From positions 1 to 60,758 of the IMG/VR virus record IMGVR_UViG_3300037520_000795: DNA of 60,758 nt. One strand, written 5' to 3'. Positions 35,328 through 44,194 of the stretch are shown in pieces. The notes beneath the pieces are model-generated. The model ran no database searches. It was not told the origin of the DNA and saw nothing but the letters and a program-made list of their open reading frames with translations. The stretch comes from a virus (taxonomy: Duplodnaviria; Caudoviricetes). A program made the translations under genes and the position numbers. Numbering within the stretch: position 1 is the first letter of the stretch; every line of letters begins with the position of its first letter.

Positions 35328-36785
35328 ATGACAACCGCAAACGCCACCACCGACACCGCCGCCGCCGTCGCCGCATGGGCCAGCCGCACGCTTGGAACCG
35401 CCGCCCCGGCCGACCGCCACGCCGAACACGCCGAACACTACAACCCGGCCACCGTCCCGGCCGACGTCTACGCCCGCTCCATCGCATGGCTTGCACGCCG
35501 ATATGTTCGGGACATGACTTCCGCCGCCCCGGCCCCGGCCCCGAAGGCACCCAAGGCACCCCCCGCCGCCCGCGCCGATGGCACGCCGGTCATGATCGAC
35601 GAGAAGGCAGCCGCCGCCCGGAAGGCAGCCGCCAAGGACGCCCAGACGATCCGCACCGGGGGTAACGACCACAAGGGCCTGACCTACGCCGAACTCGTCG
35701 CCCGTAGCCACGACGCCGCCGCAGACTACTACCACGGCGCCATCGTCCGACTCTCCACCCAAACTATCAAGCGCGGTGAAACCATCGCCCGTACCGGATG
35801 GCAACGCGCCAACGTCGGAGCGCACGACCACGCCCGCGCCGCGATCGTCATCGCCCAACAGGCTCGCCGCGCCCGATGGCGGACCGCCGAGACCGAGACC
35901 GGGGGGGGGCGAACGACAGGCCGCCGCCGCTTCCCATTCATCCACGGGATGAGCGCCACGGGGGACAACCCCGCCGCAATCGCAGCCCTTGCGGAATCCT
36001 ACGCCCGCACCGGCCGAACCGGAACAGGCCACCACACCGGCCGTGGACGACGCCCCACCATCGCGGCCCCAGCCCCGGACACCACGTACCGCGATGCTAT
36101 GGCCGATGCCGTTGAGGCGATCATGGGATGGACCCAAGCCGAGAACACCGCCGCCCCCAAGACGCCGCACGCCACGGCGGGAGGGCTTGCAAAGATCGAA
36201 AACCACACCATGACCCGCAACATCGATGGCACCACCGCCATTGTCGACGTCGACCATATCGGCCCCGACACCATGCCAGTCCTCCAGAATGGCCAATGGA
36301 GGAGGGTACAGACAGGATGGACAGCCTACACCACGACCCGCAGCATCCCCCGCCACCGCTTCACCATGGCCACGGCCAGTAGCACCAACGACCACTACCA
36401 ACCCTCCACCGTCCACGACATCGACCACGTAGGGGAGATCGTCGCCGCCTGTACAACGTGGAACCCGACCCACTTCCCCGCCGCCCCGGCCCCGATCCAA
36501 TCGCGGGGACCATGGTACACCGTCGAAGGCATCACCGTCGTCCAGACGCACCGTCCCGCCCCCGCGCCACGACCGGCGACCCCGGACACCATCGCAGGGT
36601 ATCGGGAGATCATGACCTATCAATCCTCCCTCCCGAGGAGCCCGTACAAGGATTGGAACCCGCACGACGTCACCCGCATCGCGGAGGCTTTCCGCCGCAG
36701 CATGCACGACCAAGCCGCCCGCGCGTGGAACCAGACAATCGGCACGCAGGCCGCGCAGTGGTGGTATGACGCCGCCTCCCGCTGA
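35328..36785 (+). CDS. Stand-alone Ala/Thr/Arg-rich hypothetical protein (485 aa)
   Basis: AGGAG SD; followed by a terminator; strongly C-rich, T-poor codon usage. Confidence 0.75.
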   Translation: MTTANATTDTAAAVAAWASRTLGTAAPADRHAEHAEHYNPATVPADVYARSIAWLARRYVRDMTSAAPAPAPKAPKAPPAARADGTPVMIDEKAAAARKAAAKDAQTIRTGGNDHKGLTYAELVARSHDAAADYYHGAIVRLSTQTIKRGETIARTGWQRANVGAHDHARAAIVIAQQARRARWRTAETETGGGRTTGRRRFPFIHGMSATGDNPAAIAALAESYARTGRTGTGHHTGRGRRPTIAAPAPDTTYRDAMADAVEAIMGWTQAENTAAPKTPHATAGGLAKIENHTMTRNIDGTTAIVDVDHIGPDTMPVLQNGQWRRVQTGWTAYTTTRSIPRHRFTMATASSTNDHYQPSTVHDIDHVGEIVAACTTWNPTHFPAAPAPIQSRGPWYTVEGITVVQTHRPAPAPRPATPDTIAGYREIMTYQSSLPRSPYKDWNPHDVTRIAEAFRRSMHDQAARAWNQTIGTQAAQWWYDAASR

Positions 36786-36793
36786 TCGACCAC

Positions 36794-36829
36794 GCCCCCC
36801 GGAGCGCTCGCGGTTCCGGGGGGCTTTTT
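36794..36829 (+). terminator. Rho-independent terminator
   Basis: gccccccgga...tccggggggc stem followed by T5. Confidence 0.8.
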
Positions 36830-37253
36830 CATGCGCCGATGCCGTCCTCCAGGCCGACGACGCACGACCACCGCACACGACTAGCGACCTCGAGCCCGAA
36901 TGACGACGACCACCAGGCCGATGGCAACGCCGATGCAGGCCCGCCTATCGGCCGGGAGCGCCGCGCGCTCGCTTCGCTCGCTTTTTCGGAGCGACTCCGT
37001 CGCCCCTTAGATAACATGTCCAATACCGACCCGTTCCGGACACCCTAACCCTAGCGTACTTCTACCCTTAAGTTGTAGCTCCAGCCCGACTCTGTCCGCT
37101 CGGGGGGTGGGCCGGGGACGCTGCGCGTACCCCCAGCCCCCCCCGAGCGGACGTAGGAGTTTGTCAATTCCCCTCCGAGATTTTTTCACTATCTCGGCCC
37201 CCACGTGATGATTTCCCCCAAATCTCACCCCGTGAACCCACGCGATTCTGGGG

Positions 37254-37282
37254 TTGCAAGCCCAGCGTCCCCTTGGTAGTCT
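37254..37282 (+). promoter_or_regulatory. Sigma-70-type promoter for the tRNA-like RNA and rightward early genes
   Basis: TTGCAA-N17-TAGTCT with an extended TG; predicted +1 at about 37289. Confidence 0.6.
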
Positions 37283-37288
37283 CCCGCC

Positions 37289-37373
37289 ACGCCAATAACT
37301 CAAGGGGCTGGGCAATCCCGGCCGTGGCAGAGTCCCTTCCTGGGCGATCCGGGTTCGACTCCCGGTTGGCGTA
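37289..37373 (+). ncRNA. tRNA-like RNA lacking a normal anticodon arm
   Basis: Acceptor ACGCCAA/TTGGCGT plus A; U8 A9; D-stem ACTC/GAGT; T-arm CCGGG-TTCGACT-CCCGG; anticodon arm only CCC-TTCCT-GGG; hairpin inserted in the D-loop; no encoded CCA. Confidence 0.75.
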
Positions 37374-37405
37374 CTGGTGTTCGGTCAGGCTTGGAGGGAA
37401 TCCCC

Positions 37406-37705
37406 ATGAAGATGATGAGTGCTGTGCTGGTTTCGCTGTCGCTGGTCTGCTCACCCGTGCAGGCTGCACTCCAAAGAACTGCCCCCACGGCCAAGTCCAC
37501 GGCTGTGGCTAGTTGGTGGAAGCGGACGATCAAGATTCACTACGCGAACGGGAAGTGGGAGTATGGCTACTACCGGTGGTGGGGTCTGGCTGACTCGATG
37601 GTCTCCCCCACGGTGTGGATTCTGTTGAACGGCTCGACTCAGCAGGCGTCCTGGGCGTTGATTGGTGCGAGGATCGAGGTGATCGGGGTGCCCTATCCGG
37701 GGTGA
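37406..37705 (+). CDS. Small secreted protein
   Basis: Signal-peptide-like MKMMSAVLVSLSLVCSPVQA; GGAGG SD. Confidence 0.65.
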   Translation: MKMMSAVLVSLSLVCSPVQAALQRTAPTAKSTAVASWWKRTIKIHYANGKWEYGYYRWWGLADSMVSPTVWILLNGSTQQASWALIGARIEVIGVPYPG

Positions 37706-37717
37706 GGAGGTGTTGCC

Positions 37718-37828
37718 ATGGACTGGGATGGACTGTGGTCGTTCATGTGGTTTTGCATCGGCTGGGTGGCGGGTATCGCTACCGTTGTGGCTTGGTTCTG
37801 CTGGGGACTCTTGAACGAGGGCAACTAA
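37718..37828 (+). CDS. Trp-rich single-TM peptide (36 aa), not in the ORF track
   Basis: AGGAGG SD; TAATG coupling. Confidence 0.6.
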   Translation: MDWDGLWSFMWFCIGWVAGIATVVAWFCWGLLNEGN

Positions 37829-38118
37829 TGACCAAGGCGGACATGCAAGCGAAGTCGTACTCCCAGGAACGCCTGCAAGAGATTTTCCTCAAGGCGTTTG
37901 AGCGGGAGCTACTGACCCCAGCCACCTTGAGCTATGAGCAGGAGATGGCTCTGAAGGCTTCGATCGCCTACTTCAAGCGGGCGGAAGCCGAGCGAGAGGC
38001 TATCGGCGGGGGCAAGTACCGGGTGGGTACGGTCACCTCGCCAGCATACGGTCTGGTTGACTTGGTCGGTGAGTTGGAGGGGATTCTGGAACGCTTTGCG
38101 GAAAGGCCGATTCAATGA
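37828..38118 (+). CDS. Hypothetical protein
   Basis: Coupled start, MTKADMQAK. Confidence 0.6.
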   Translation: MTKADMQAKSYSQERLQEIFLKAFERELLTPATLSYEQEMALKASIAYFKRAEAEREAIGGGKYRVGTVTSPAYGLVDLVGELEGILERFAERPIQ

Positions 38119-38198
38119 CCTCATGGGAAGACGTTGCTTTGCAGGCGGTGATGTGGATGGGATTGGCTTTGTACATCTGGGTTCTACGGAGGGATTGA
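38115..38198 (+). CDS. Single-TM peptide (27 aa), not in the ORF track
   Basis: ATGA coupling; MTSWEDVALQAVMWMGLALYIWVLRRD. Confidence 0.5.
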   Translation: MTSWEDVALQAVMWMGLALYIWVLRRD

Positions 38199-38200
38199 GC

Positions 38201-39367
38201 ATGACCCACGCATGGTGTTCCGATCCGTCGAGGGACGAGTCCGTGCGAGCGGCCGAGGACGGCCGGACCTCGCCGCTGCCGACGCTGGAGGAGTGCATCG
38301 AGCGGCAGAAGAAGACGGCCCGCCCATGTGGTGGGACCGATCCCGCCCCGTCGCGCGGCGAGCGCGGCGCGGCGGACACCGGCATGCGCACGGAGCGGAT
38401 CACGCTTGAGGTGACGCACAACGCAGCCTTGAGCGCTCGTGAATGGCGGATGTGGCGTACGATTTTTGACCCAAGGTACGGCGAATCCGTCCGCGTCGTG
38501 AGCGACGAGGAGCGGGAGGCCGCTCTTCCCGATGTTTCCGACCAGGACGGCGACCGCGTTGCCATCGACTGGCAGGGTCTGACGAAGGTCTTGCAGGCCG
38601 AGCGTGACGCCGCGAATCGCGAGCGGGATGCGGCTGTGGCTGAGTCCGAGCGTCGGCTGCGTCTGTGCGAAACGATGAAGAGAGACGGGGATTCGGCCCG
38701 TTTTCATGCGGCGGTCGCCCAGGCCCGCGTTGCCGAACTGGAGGAAGCCCGCAAGCGATTTGACACCGCTCTGGAAGAGGCCCGAGACGCCAGCGGGATC
38801 AACGATTTCATTGTCCAGAGAGACGAGGCTTTTGACGAGCGTGACGCCGCGATCCGCGAGCGTGAGTCATGGAAGCTCCTTGCCGACCGCACGAACGAAA
38901 GGCTTTCTGCGGCAGAGGCCCGCGTGGCAGAACTGGAGGCCGCGAGCGGCGGCGGGCAGCAGAAGCCGGATGCGTGGGGCGTGGTGCGAGACGGAAACGT
39001 CCAGAGCGTCACGCATCGACTTTTTCGCAACAAAGCAGGAGACATTGCAGAAAAGCTTGGCGGCACCGTCGTCCCCCTCTACCGCTCACCTCCGCAGCCT
39101 CGCGGGTGGCTGACAAATGAGGAGCGGGAGGCTGTCGAGGCCAGCCGCGAGTTCTGGCAGGTGGAGTGCGATTCTACGCTTGGCGATGACACCGACAGGC
39201 GTTATCTGGCCGCACTTAGCAACCTCCTCGCCCGCTCGACGCCGCCGGAGGTGCGACTTGTCAGACATCTGAATTACTTCGACTGCCACGGAGATCGCGT
39301 GGACGCGTTCGATGCCGCCGACGTTCTCGCAGCCCTTGTCGCTGCGGGCGTGGAGGTGGCGCAGTGA
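38201..39367 (+). CDS. Mosaic coiled-coil protein (Ead/Ea22-like architecture)
   Basis: ERDAA.RER and ARVAELE repeats; VVPLYRSPP. Confidence 0.65.
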   Translation: MTHAWCSDPSRDESVRAAEDGRTSPLPTLEECIERQKKTARPCGGTDPAPSRGERGAADTGMRTERITLEVTHNAALSAREWRMWRTIFDPRYGESVRVVSDEEREAALPDVSDQDGDRVAIDWQGLTKVLQAERDAANRERDAAVAESERRLRLCETMKRDGDSARFHAAVAQARVAELEEARKRFDTALEEARDASGINDFIVQRDEAFDERDAAIRERESWKLLADRTNERLSAAEARVAELEAASGGGQQKPDAWGVVRDGNVQSVTHRLFRNKAGDIAEKLGGTVVPLYRSPPQPRGWLTNEEREAVEASREFWQVECDSTLGDDTDRRYLAALSNLLARSTPPEVRLVRHLNYFDCHGDRVDAFDAADVLAALVAAGVEVAQ

Positions 39368-39603
39368 AAACTCTGCTGACTGCTGTGCTGCTGGCGTTCG
39401 TCGATCAACGTCCATCGCTGCCGCCGCCGCTGCCAGAGTGGTCGGTCGTAGAGGTTTTGGTGCCGCATCACCCTGTGCCGCCGTCTGGTGAAAAGCGCGT
39501 CTGGGTTACGTTCGTCGTCCATGACGGGAAATTACACGGCGGCGGTGGAACGATGCCGCTTCGGTGGCTGAACACCATGCCGTGGAGGAAAAGTGAGCGA
39601 TAA
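39364..39603 (+). CDS. Small exported hypothetical protein
   Basis: GTGA coupling; hydrophobic N-terminus. Confidence 0.5.
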   Translation: MKTLLTAVLLAFVDQRPSLPPPLPEWSVVEVLVPHHPVPPSGEKRVWVTFVVHDGKLHGGGGTMPLRWLNTMPWRKSER

Positions 39604-40000
39604 CGAAAAAAGGATTTGGAGGTGGGGCGTGAGTGAGCAGATGCAACGTATTCACGACAAGATCGCGGAGTGCGACCGAGAGGCCGAGTTGCGCGGATGG
39701 GACACTTCCGGTTTTCCGCGGTTGTGGTTTGCGGCGTTGTCTCGCGTGGCTGGGCTGGACCTGCAAGAGCGCCGGAGAAAAGCGCGACACCCGGCCGACG
39801 GTTCGATTCCGTTGCCAGTCACGCGAGACACTTCGCCTGGGATTTGCGAGCTTCAGCAGCAGAACGACGAACTGCAAGCCGAGATCGCCCGGCTCCGCGA
39901 GTCTTTGGCGATTTTTGTCCACGCTCACGCGACTGGAAACATCGTGCCGCCGCACCTTGAAGCCGCAGCGAAAGAACTGGTGAAGGAGGTGGGGAAGTGA
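39593..40000 (+). CDS. Hypothetical protein with an EIARLR coiled coil
   Basis: GGAGG SD; coupled ORF. Confidence 0.55.
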   Translation: MSDNEKRIWRWGVSEQMQRIHDKIAECDREAELRGWDTSGFPRLWFAALSRVAGLDLQERRRKARHPADGSIPLPVTRDTSPGICELQQQNDELQAEIARLRESLAIFVHAHATGNIVPPHLEAAAKELVKEVGK

Positions 40001-40100
40001 AACTCTTACTTCGGCTTGTGAGTGCGGCCCTGCTGGTCGTAGGCGCTGTTACGGTGTGCGTGTGGGTGTGGGTTGTGTTCATGCTGTCGATGGCAGGGAG

Positions 40101-40649
40101 ATGACTATGAGTTGCGACTGGTGCGAACGTCCCGTCGGAGCAAGTCACGCAGTCACGTGCCCGCTGAAGGGATATGTAACCGAGCCTGCGGCACCTTCGG
40201 AAGGAGGAACTGGCGATGAGATCGCCAAGCTCCGTGCCGAGATCGCCCGGCTCCGCAAAACCGCCGACGGACAGATCCGGTCCCGCGTTGCCGAGGACAT
40301 CGCCGTCGAGTCAGCCTGGGAGCGATGCGGTATCACGCCGCACTGGCCCGACGACGAGGCAGGAAGCATTGTCAGTCACGCGGAATCGATGGCGATGGAG
40401 ATCGCCCGGCTCCGCGAGGAGCGGCGGTGGATTCCGGTGGGCGAGAGGTTGCCGGAACACGGCGATAGCGTCTGGGTGTTCGACGGCACTGACGTTGTCA
40501 TTGGCGAATACTGGGGTACATGGCAGTCCTACGGTGCGTCCTGTGACGGCGAGGGGCTCAATAGCGAGACCCTCCTTGGCATCACGCACTGGACGGAGAT
40601 TCGGAAGCCGTCCCCGCCGTTACCAAACGCAAACCGGCTTGCGGATTGA
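40101..40649 (+). CDS. DUF551-like domain protein
   Basis: RWIPVGERLPE...V.V...ITHW. Confidence 0.7.
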   Translation: MTMSCDWCERPVGASHAVTCPLKGYVTEPAAPSEGGTGDEIAKLRAEIARLRKTADGQIRSRVAEDIAVESAWERCGITPHWPDDEAGSIVSHAESMAMEIARLREERRWIPVGERLPEHGDSVWVFDGTDVVIGEYWGTWQSYGASCDGEGLNSETLLGITHWTEIRKPSPPLPNANRLAD

Positions 40650-40657
40650 GGCTTTGG

Positions 40658-40677
40658 GGACATTGGTAGGGTAGGAG
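40658..40677 (+). promoter_or_regulatory. Candidate late-promoter motif GGACATT-N-GTAGGAG
   Basis: Intergenic, at the start of the late operon. Confidence 0.5.
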
Positions 40678-40686
40678 CACCCCCCC

Positions 40687-41481
40687 ATGTCATGCCCTAC
40701 CCACTCTTGCAACTGCTGCAAGGGAGCCTGCTGCTGCGGTCGACACACCTGCACGCAGCTAAAGTGCGACGAGTGCGAAAGCACCACCTCCGTCACCTCG
40801 ACCAAGGGGTACGGACTGTTCATGGGGTACGGCCAAATCTGTGCCGACCATGACTCTGGGTCGCCGCCGTCCTACTACCCGTACTGCGACCGGCCTGTTG
40901 GCTGGTGTTGCAACAAGGCCACGGGTTCGTGTGCCCGCGATTCCGTAAACGGGCCGACAATCTCCCAGTGTGAGTGCTACCGGGAGAAGGGCTTGCCGCC
41001 GACCATTGAGTGGCAGGCCAACCCGTTTTGCGAAGACCCCACGCAGCCGTGCTGCCCATACGGCGTGTGCTGCTACACCAACGGCACATGCGGCAACGAG
41101 ACGAAGTGCATGTGCGAGTACCTGGGGGGCAACTTCCTTGAGGCTGGCGAGGAGAACGTCTGCGACACGGGGGCCTGCTGTTCGGGGACGACCTGCACGG
41201 TGCGGACCAAGTGTGCATGCTCCGTGATCGGCGGGGCGACGTTCAAGGGTTACGGGACGACCTGTAGCCCAAACCCATGCACCACATGCTCCCTGGACTC
41301 CGACTGTCCAGAGGGTGCGGCCAAGTGCTGCAACGGCACGTGCATCCCATCGGAGTGCTGCGTCATCGCCATCTCCACCACGTGCCCGGCAACCTGCAAT
41401 CTTGGGTGTACGCTTATCACTTCCGGCCCAAATGCCGGGAAGTACAACTGCTTCCGCAACGACTGCAACCCACTGCCATGA
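40687..41481 (+). CDS. Extremely Cys-rich repeat protein
   Basis: G(A/W/V)CC...C...C.C repeats throughout 264 aa. Confidence 0.8.
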   Translation: MSCPTHSCNCCKGACCCGRHTCTQLKCDECESTTSVTSTKGYGLFMGYGQICADHDSGSPPSYYPYCDRPVGWCCNKATGSCARDSVNGPTISQCECYREKGLPPTIEWQANPFCEDPTQPCCPYGVCCYTNGTCGNETKCMCEYLGGNFLEAGEENVCDTGACCSGTTCTVRTKCACSVIGGATFKGYGTTCSPNPCTTCSLDSDCPEGAAKCCNGTCIPSECCVIAISTTCPATCNLGCTLITSGPNAGKYNCFRNDCNPLP

Positions 41482-42011
41482 ACCCAATCTGGTCTTCGCC
41501 GGTCTACCTCCAAGAGCGTGCCCGCCAACGCGGGTACGCCTACGACGAGGTGACCCCGTGCATCGTCGAGGTCAAGGACGGGATGATCCTGGTGGACGTC
41601 GATCACCCGGCCTACCCCCTCCACCCCAAGCCTGGGTTCCACGAAAAGGCCACCGCCGCCCTACGGGCTGAGTCCGAAGCCCGGCAAGCCGCCTTGGACA
41701 AGGAGCGTGGTGCCAAGGGGCCAGGGACGGAACTCAAGCGGATGCTGCGGATGGTGGGGATCACAGCCACCCCCAACTGCTCCTGCAACGCACGGGCCGA
41801 GGAAATGGACACCCAGGGGTGCCTGTGGTGCCTCAAGAACACCGACAAAATCGTTGGTTGGCTCAAGGAAGAGGCTGACAAACGGCAATTGCCGTTCAGC
41901 CACGCTGGTGCAAGGGCACTTGTTTATGCGGCCGTTGCTCGGGCTGGGGCCAAGTCGACGGTGCGGAAGTTGATTCCTGGCAAGAAGGGGAAGGCCGATG
42001 CCAAGTCTTGA
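41478..42011 (+). CDS. Hypothetical protein with a CxC/CxxC metal-binding motif
   Basis: GPGTELKRML...NCSCNARA...GCLWC. Confidence 0.7.
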   Translation: MNPIWSSPVYLQERARQRGYAYDEVTPCIVEVKDGMILVDVDHPAYPLHPKPGFHEKATAALRAESEARQAALDKERGAKGPGTELKRMLRMVGITATPNCSCNARAEEMDTQGCLWCLKNTDKIVGWLKEEADKRQLPFSHAGARALVYAAVARAGAKSTVRKLIPGKKGKADAKS

Positions 42012-42558
42012 GGAAACAGCCAAGCGGTTTGGGATCGACCCAATCAAGGTGCCCGACCGGCAGAAGCTGACCGAAGCTGTCATTCAAGCTCGGGCTGGCG
42101 GCGACGTCCCGAAGGAAATCGCCCTCGTTGCCCCAGAGCCCCCAGCCGCTCCCGCCGATCCGCCTCCTGCCGCACCGCCCCCGCCACCCGCTGGCAACAA
42201 CCAGCAAGCCAGGGCAATGAACCAAGCCCACTCGGTGGTGTACGGGGCTCCGGTCATCGACCCGACGCACATGAGCAACCTCATGGAGAGCCAGCGGTCG
42301 CTCAGCAAGACCGAGTCGTACATCGCCAAGGAGAACGAGTCTCGGGTCGAGCAACTCAAGGAGGAGGCCGAACGCCAGCATGAGAAGGAGATGCTGGCCA
42401 TGAAGCAGCAGGGCAGGGACAGGGAGTCCTCCTTGATCGACCGGCTTGGCAAGGAGTCGTCTCGCGGTGGCTCGCTTCGCGTCTGGGACCCCGCAAGCAA
42501 GTCCTGGAAGTACGGCAACAAACTCCAGGTTGGCCGTGGCGGGGCAAGGCTCACATGA
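41998..42558 (+). CDS. Pro-rich / coiled-coil hypothetical virion protein
   Basis: Coupled ORF in the late operon. Confidence 0.65.
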   Translation: MPSLEETAKRFGIDPIKVPDRQKLTEAVIQARAGGDVPKEIALVAPEPPAAPADPPPAAPPPPPAGNNQQARAMNQAHSVVYGAPVIDPTHMSNLMESQRSLSKTESYIAKENESRVEQLKEEAERQHEKEMLAMKQQGRDRESSLIDRLGKESSRGGSLRVWDPASKSWKYGNKLQVGRGGARLT

Positions 42559-43244
42559 ACCCACTCAACGCCGCCAGTCGATTTCTTGTCGACCGAATCG
42601 CGGATGTAGCCAACGCCGCTGCAACACGCGTCGGTGGTGGCAATCGCACGCGGGCCATGCTGGCTGCTCGCCGTGGCATCAATGTTCTACCGCTCCCAGG
42701 TTCTGGGGCGGAAAGGCAGGCTGTCCTGGACAACCCGGCACTCTCGCCCAGTGTCGCCTATCGGCTGAAAAACAACTTCATCTCTGGCGGGTTCGTTCCT
42801 GGCGACCGGCAAACGTCCAACATTGGAACGGCCATCTACCCGGAAGGCAACAACGCCCTCAGAGACCATGAGATCAACCACGGGTACTGGGAGGCGGCTG
42901 TACGCGACCCGACCGACATGCCAGCGTTCATGCGGTGGTTGGTAGGCCGCGTGAAGGAAGCGGCCCCCGGCGATGAGTACAGGAGGGCCGAGGCCACTCG
43001 CAATCTGTTCAACGAGATCGCCGCCCAGATGCGAGGGGGCCGCAATTTCACGGACATCCCCGCCGAGACGTACGCACGCCTGCACGCGAACAACCCAGAG
43101 CTTGCCGAGGCGTACCGTGCCTTCGGTCGATTCCAGGCTGGGGCCGAGGGAATGGCTGGGGGGGCAATCGGAGGCGTGTTGGGTGCCTCTGCTGGACTCG
43201 GCATAGACACGCTCGGTGGTCTTCTTGACGATTCGGAGATGTGA
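42555..43244 (+). CDS. NPLN-leader protein with a zincin (HExxH) motif and a C-terminal glycine zipper
   Basis: MNPLNAA; RDHEINHG...NEIAAQ; GGAIGGVLGASAGLG. Confidence 0.7.
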   Translation: MNPLNAASRFLVDRIADVANAAATRVGGGNRTRAMLAARRGINVLPLPGSGAERQAVLDNPALSPSVAYRLKNNFISGGFVPGDRQTSNIGTAIYPEGNNALRDHEINHGYWEAAVRDPTDMPAFMRWLVGRVKEAAPGDEYRRAEATRNLFNEIAAQMRGGRNFTDIPAETYARLHANNPELAEAYRAFGRFQAGAEGMAGGAIGGVLGASAGLGIDTLGGLLDDSEM

Positions 43245-44194
43245 TGCCTGCATTTGCTGGACCACTCAAGTCCGGGTACATCCCGGCGGCAGCCGCTGGA
43301 CCGAACATCCCCTGGCTGGTGGATGACGCCAAGCAGAAGATTGCTGTCCAGAGGCCGGTGGAGTTGCCGAGCCTAGCCAGCCGGATGTTCCATCACCCTG
43401 GCGTCTTGGGATACGCCATGCGTGACCAGGATGAGTACAACGACGCCGTCAGGCACGACCTCCTCGTCAAGCGTCTTCGGGAGATTCGCGACCAGTTCCC
43501 GAACGAGTTCGCCAACACCAACGCTGGCACAGGTCCAGATGGCAAGCCCATCCAGTGGGGCGATGTCCCGCTGGACCAAGACACCACTCCGTCGCCGTAC
43601 AAGTGGCGTGGAATCTCTGCCCCCGGCCAGCCGATGCGAGAGGGGTCTGACTGGCTTCGATCGGTGTTCTCAATCCCGCAGAACGCCGTCCGGGTGATGG
43701 GCGGAAGCGTCAACCAAGCCAAGGCCGAGAGCGACATGGCCAAGGGGTTGGACACCGCACTCATGGGCATCCCCTCCATGATCCAAGGCAAGGACGCCAA
43801 CCCAGAGTGGTCGGGTGACAAGGAGCGTCCCTTTGCTGCCCTGGAGCGACTGACGGAATACCCGGAATCGCAGGGGCTCCTGGAAGCCAAGCCTTCCAAT
43901 TCCGATGAGGCGAGGGACGGAATCACCTCGTTTGGCCAAGCCTTCGTGGACATCGGTGCCCCCGAGAACACGGCCACCTACATGGTTGGCGGTCTTCTCG
44001 ATGGCCTGACCGACCCATTCCCGCTTGGTCCAGCGGCTTTCCGATCGGCCATGGCCAAGCAGTACGGCAAAGCTGCTATCCAAGCCGCCGCCGAGTTTGG
44101 CCCCAACCTTGGAGCCAGCTATGTCGCAGCCCCCCGCAAGCCAGTCGCGCCGCCAGAACCCGTTGTCCATAAGCACTGGTCGGAGTACCACTGA
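43244..44194 (+). CDS. Hypothetical internal virion-type protein
   Basis: TGATG coupling at both ends; GGLLDGLTDP segment. Confidence 0.65.
   Translation: MPAFAGPLKSGYIPAAAAGPNIPWLVDDAKQKIAVQRPVELPSLASRMFHHPGVLGYAMRDQDEYNDAVRHDLLVKRLREIRDQFPNEFANTNAGTGPDGKPIQWGDVPLDQDTTPSPYKWRGISAPGQPMREGSDWLRSVFSIPQNAVRVMGGSVNQAKAESDMAKGLDTALMGIPSMIQGKDANPEWSGDKERPFAALERLTEYPESQGLLEAKPSNSDEARDGITSFGQAFVDIGAPENTATYMVGGLLDGLTDPFPLGPAAFRSAMAKQYGKAAIQAAAEFGPNLGASYVAAPRKPVAPPEPVVHKHWSEYH

Noticed and set aside
35274-36878. 534-aa minus-strand ORF
   Set aside because: Shadow of the C-rich plus-strand gene; the SD and terminator support the plus strand.
37289-37373. Calling the element a functional decoding tRNA
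   Set aside because: There is no 5-bp stem with a 7-nt anticodon loop, so no anticodon can be assigned; kept as a tRNA-like ncRNA.
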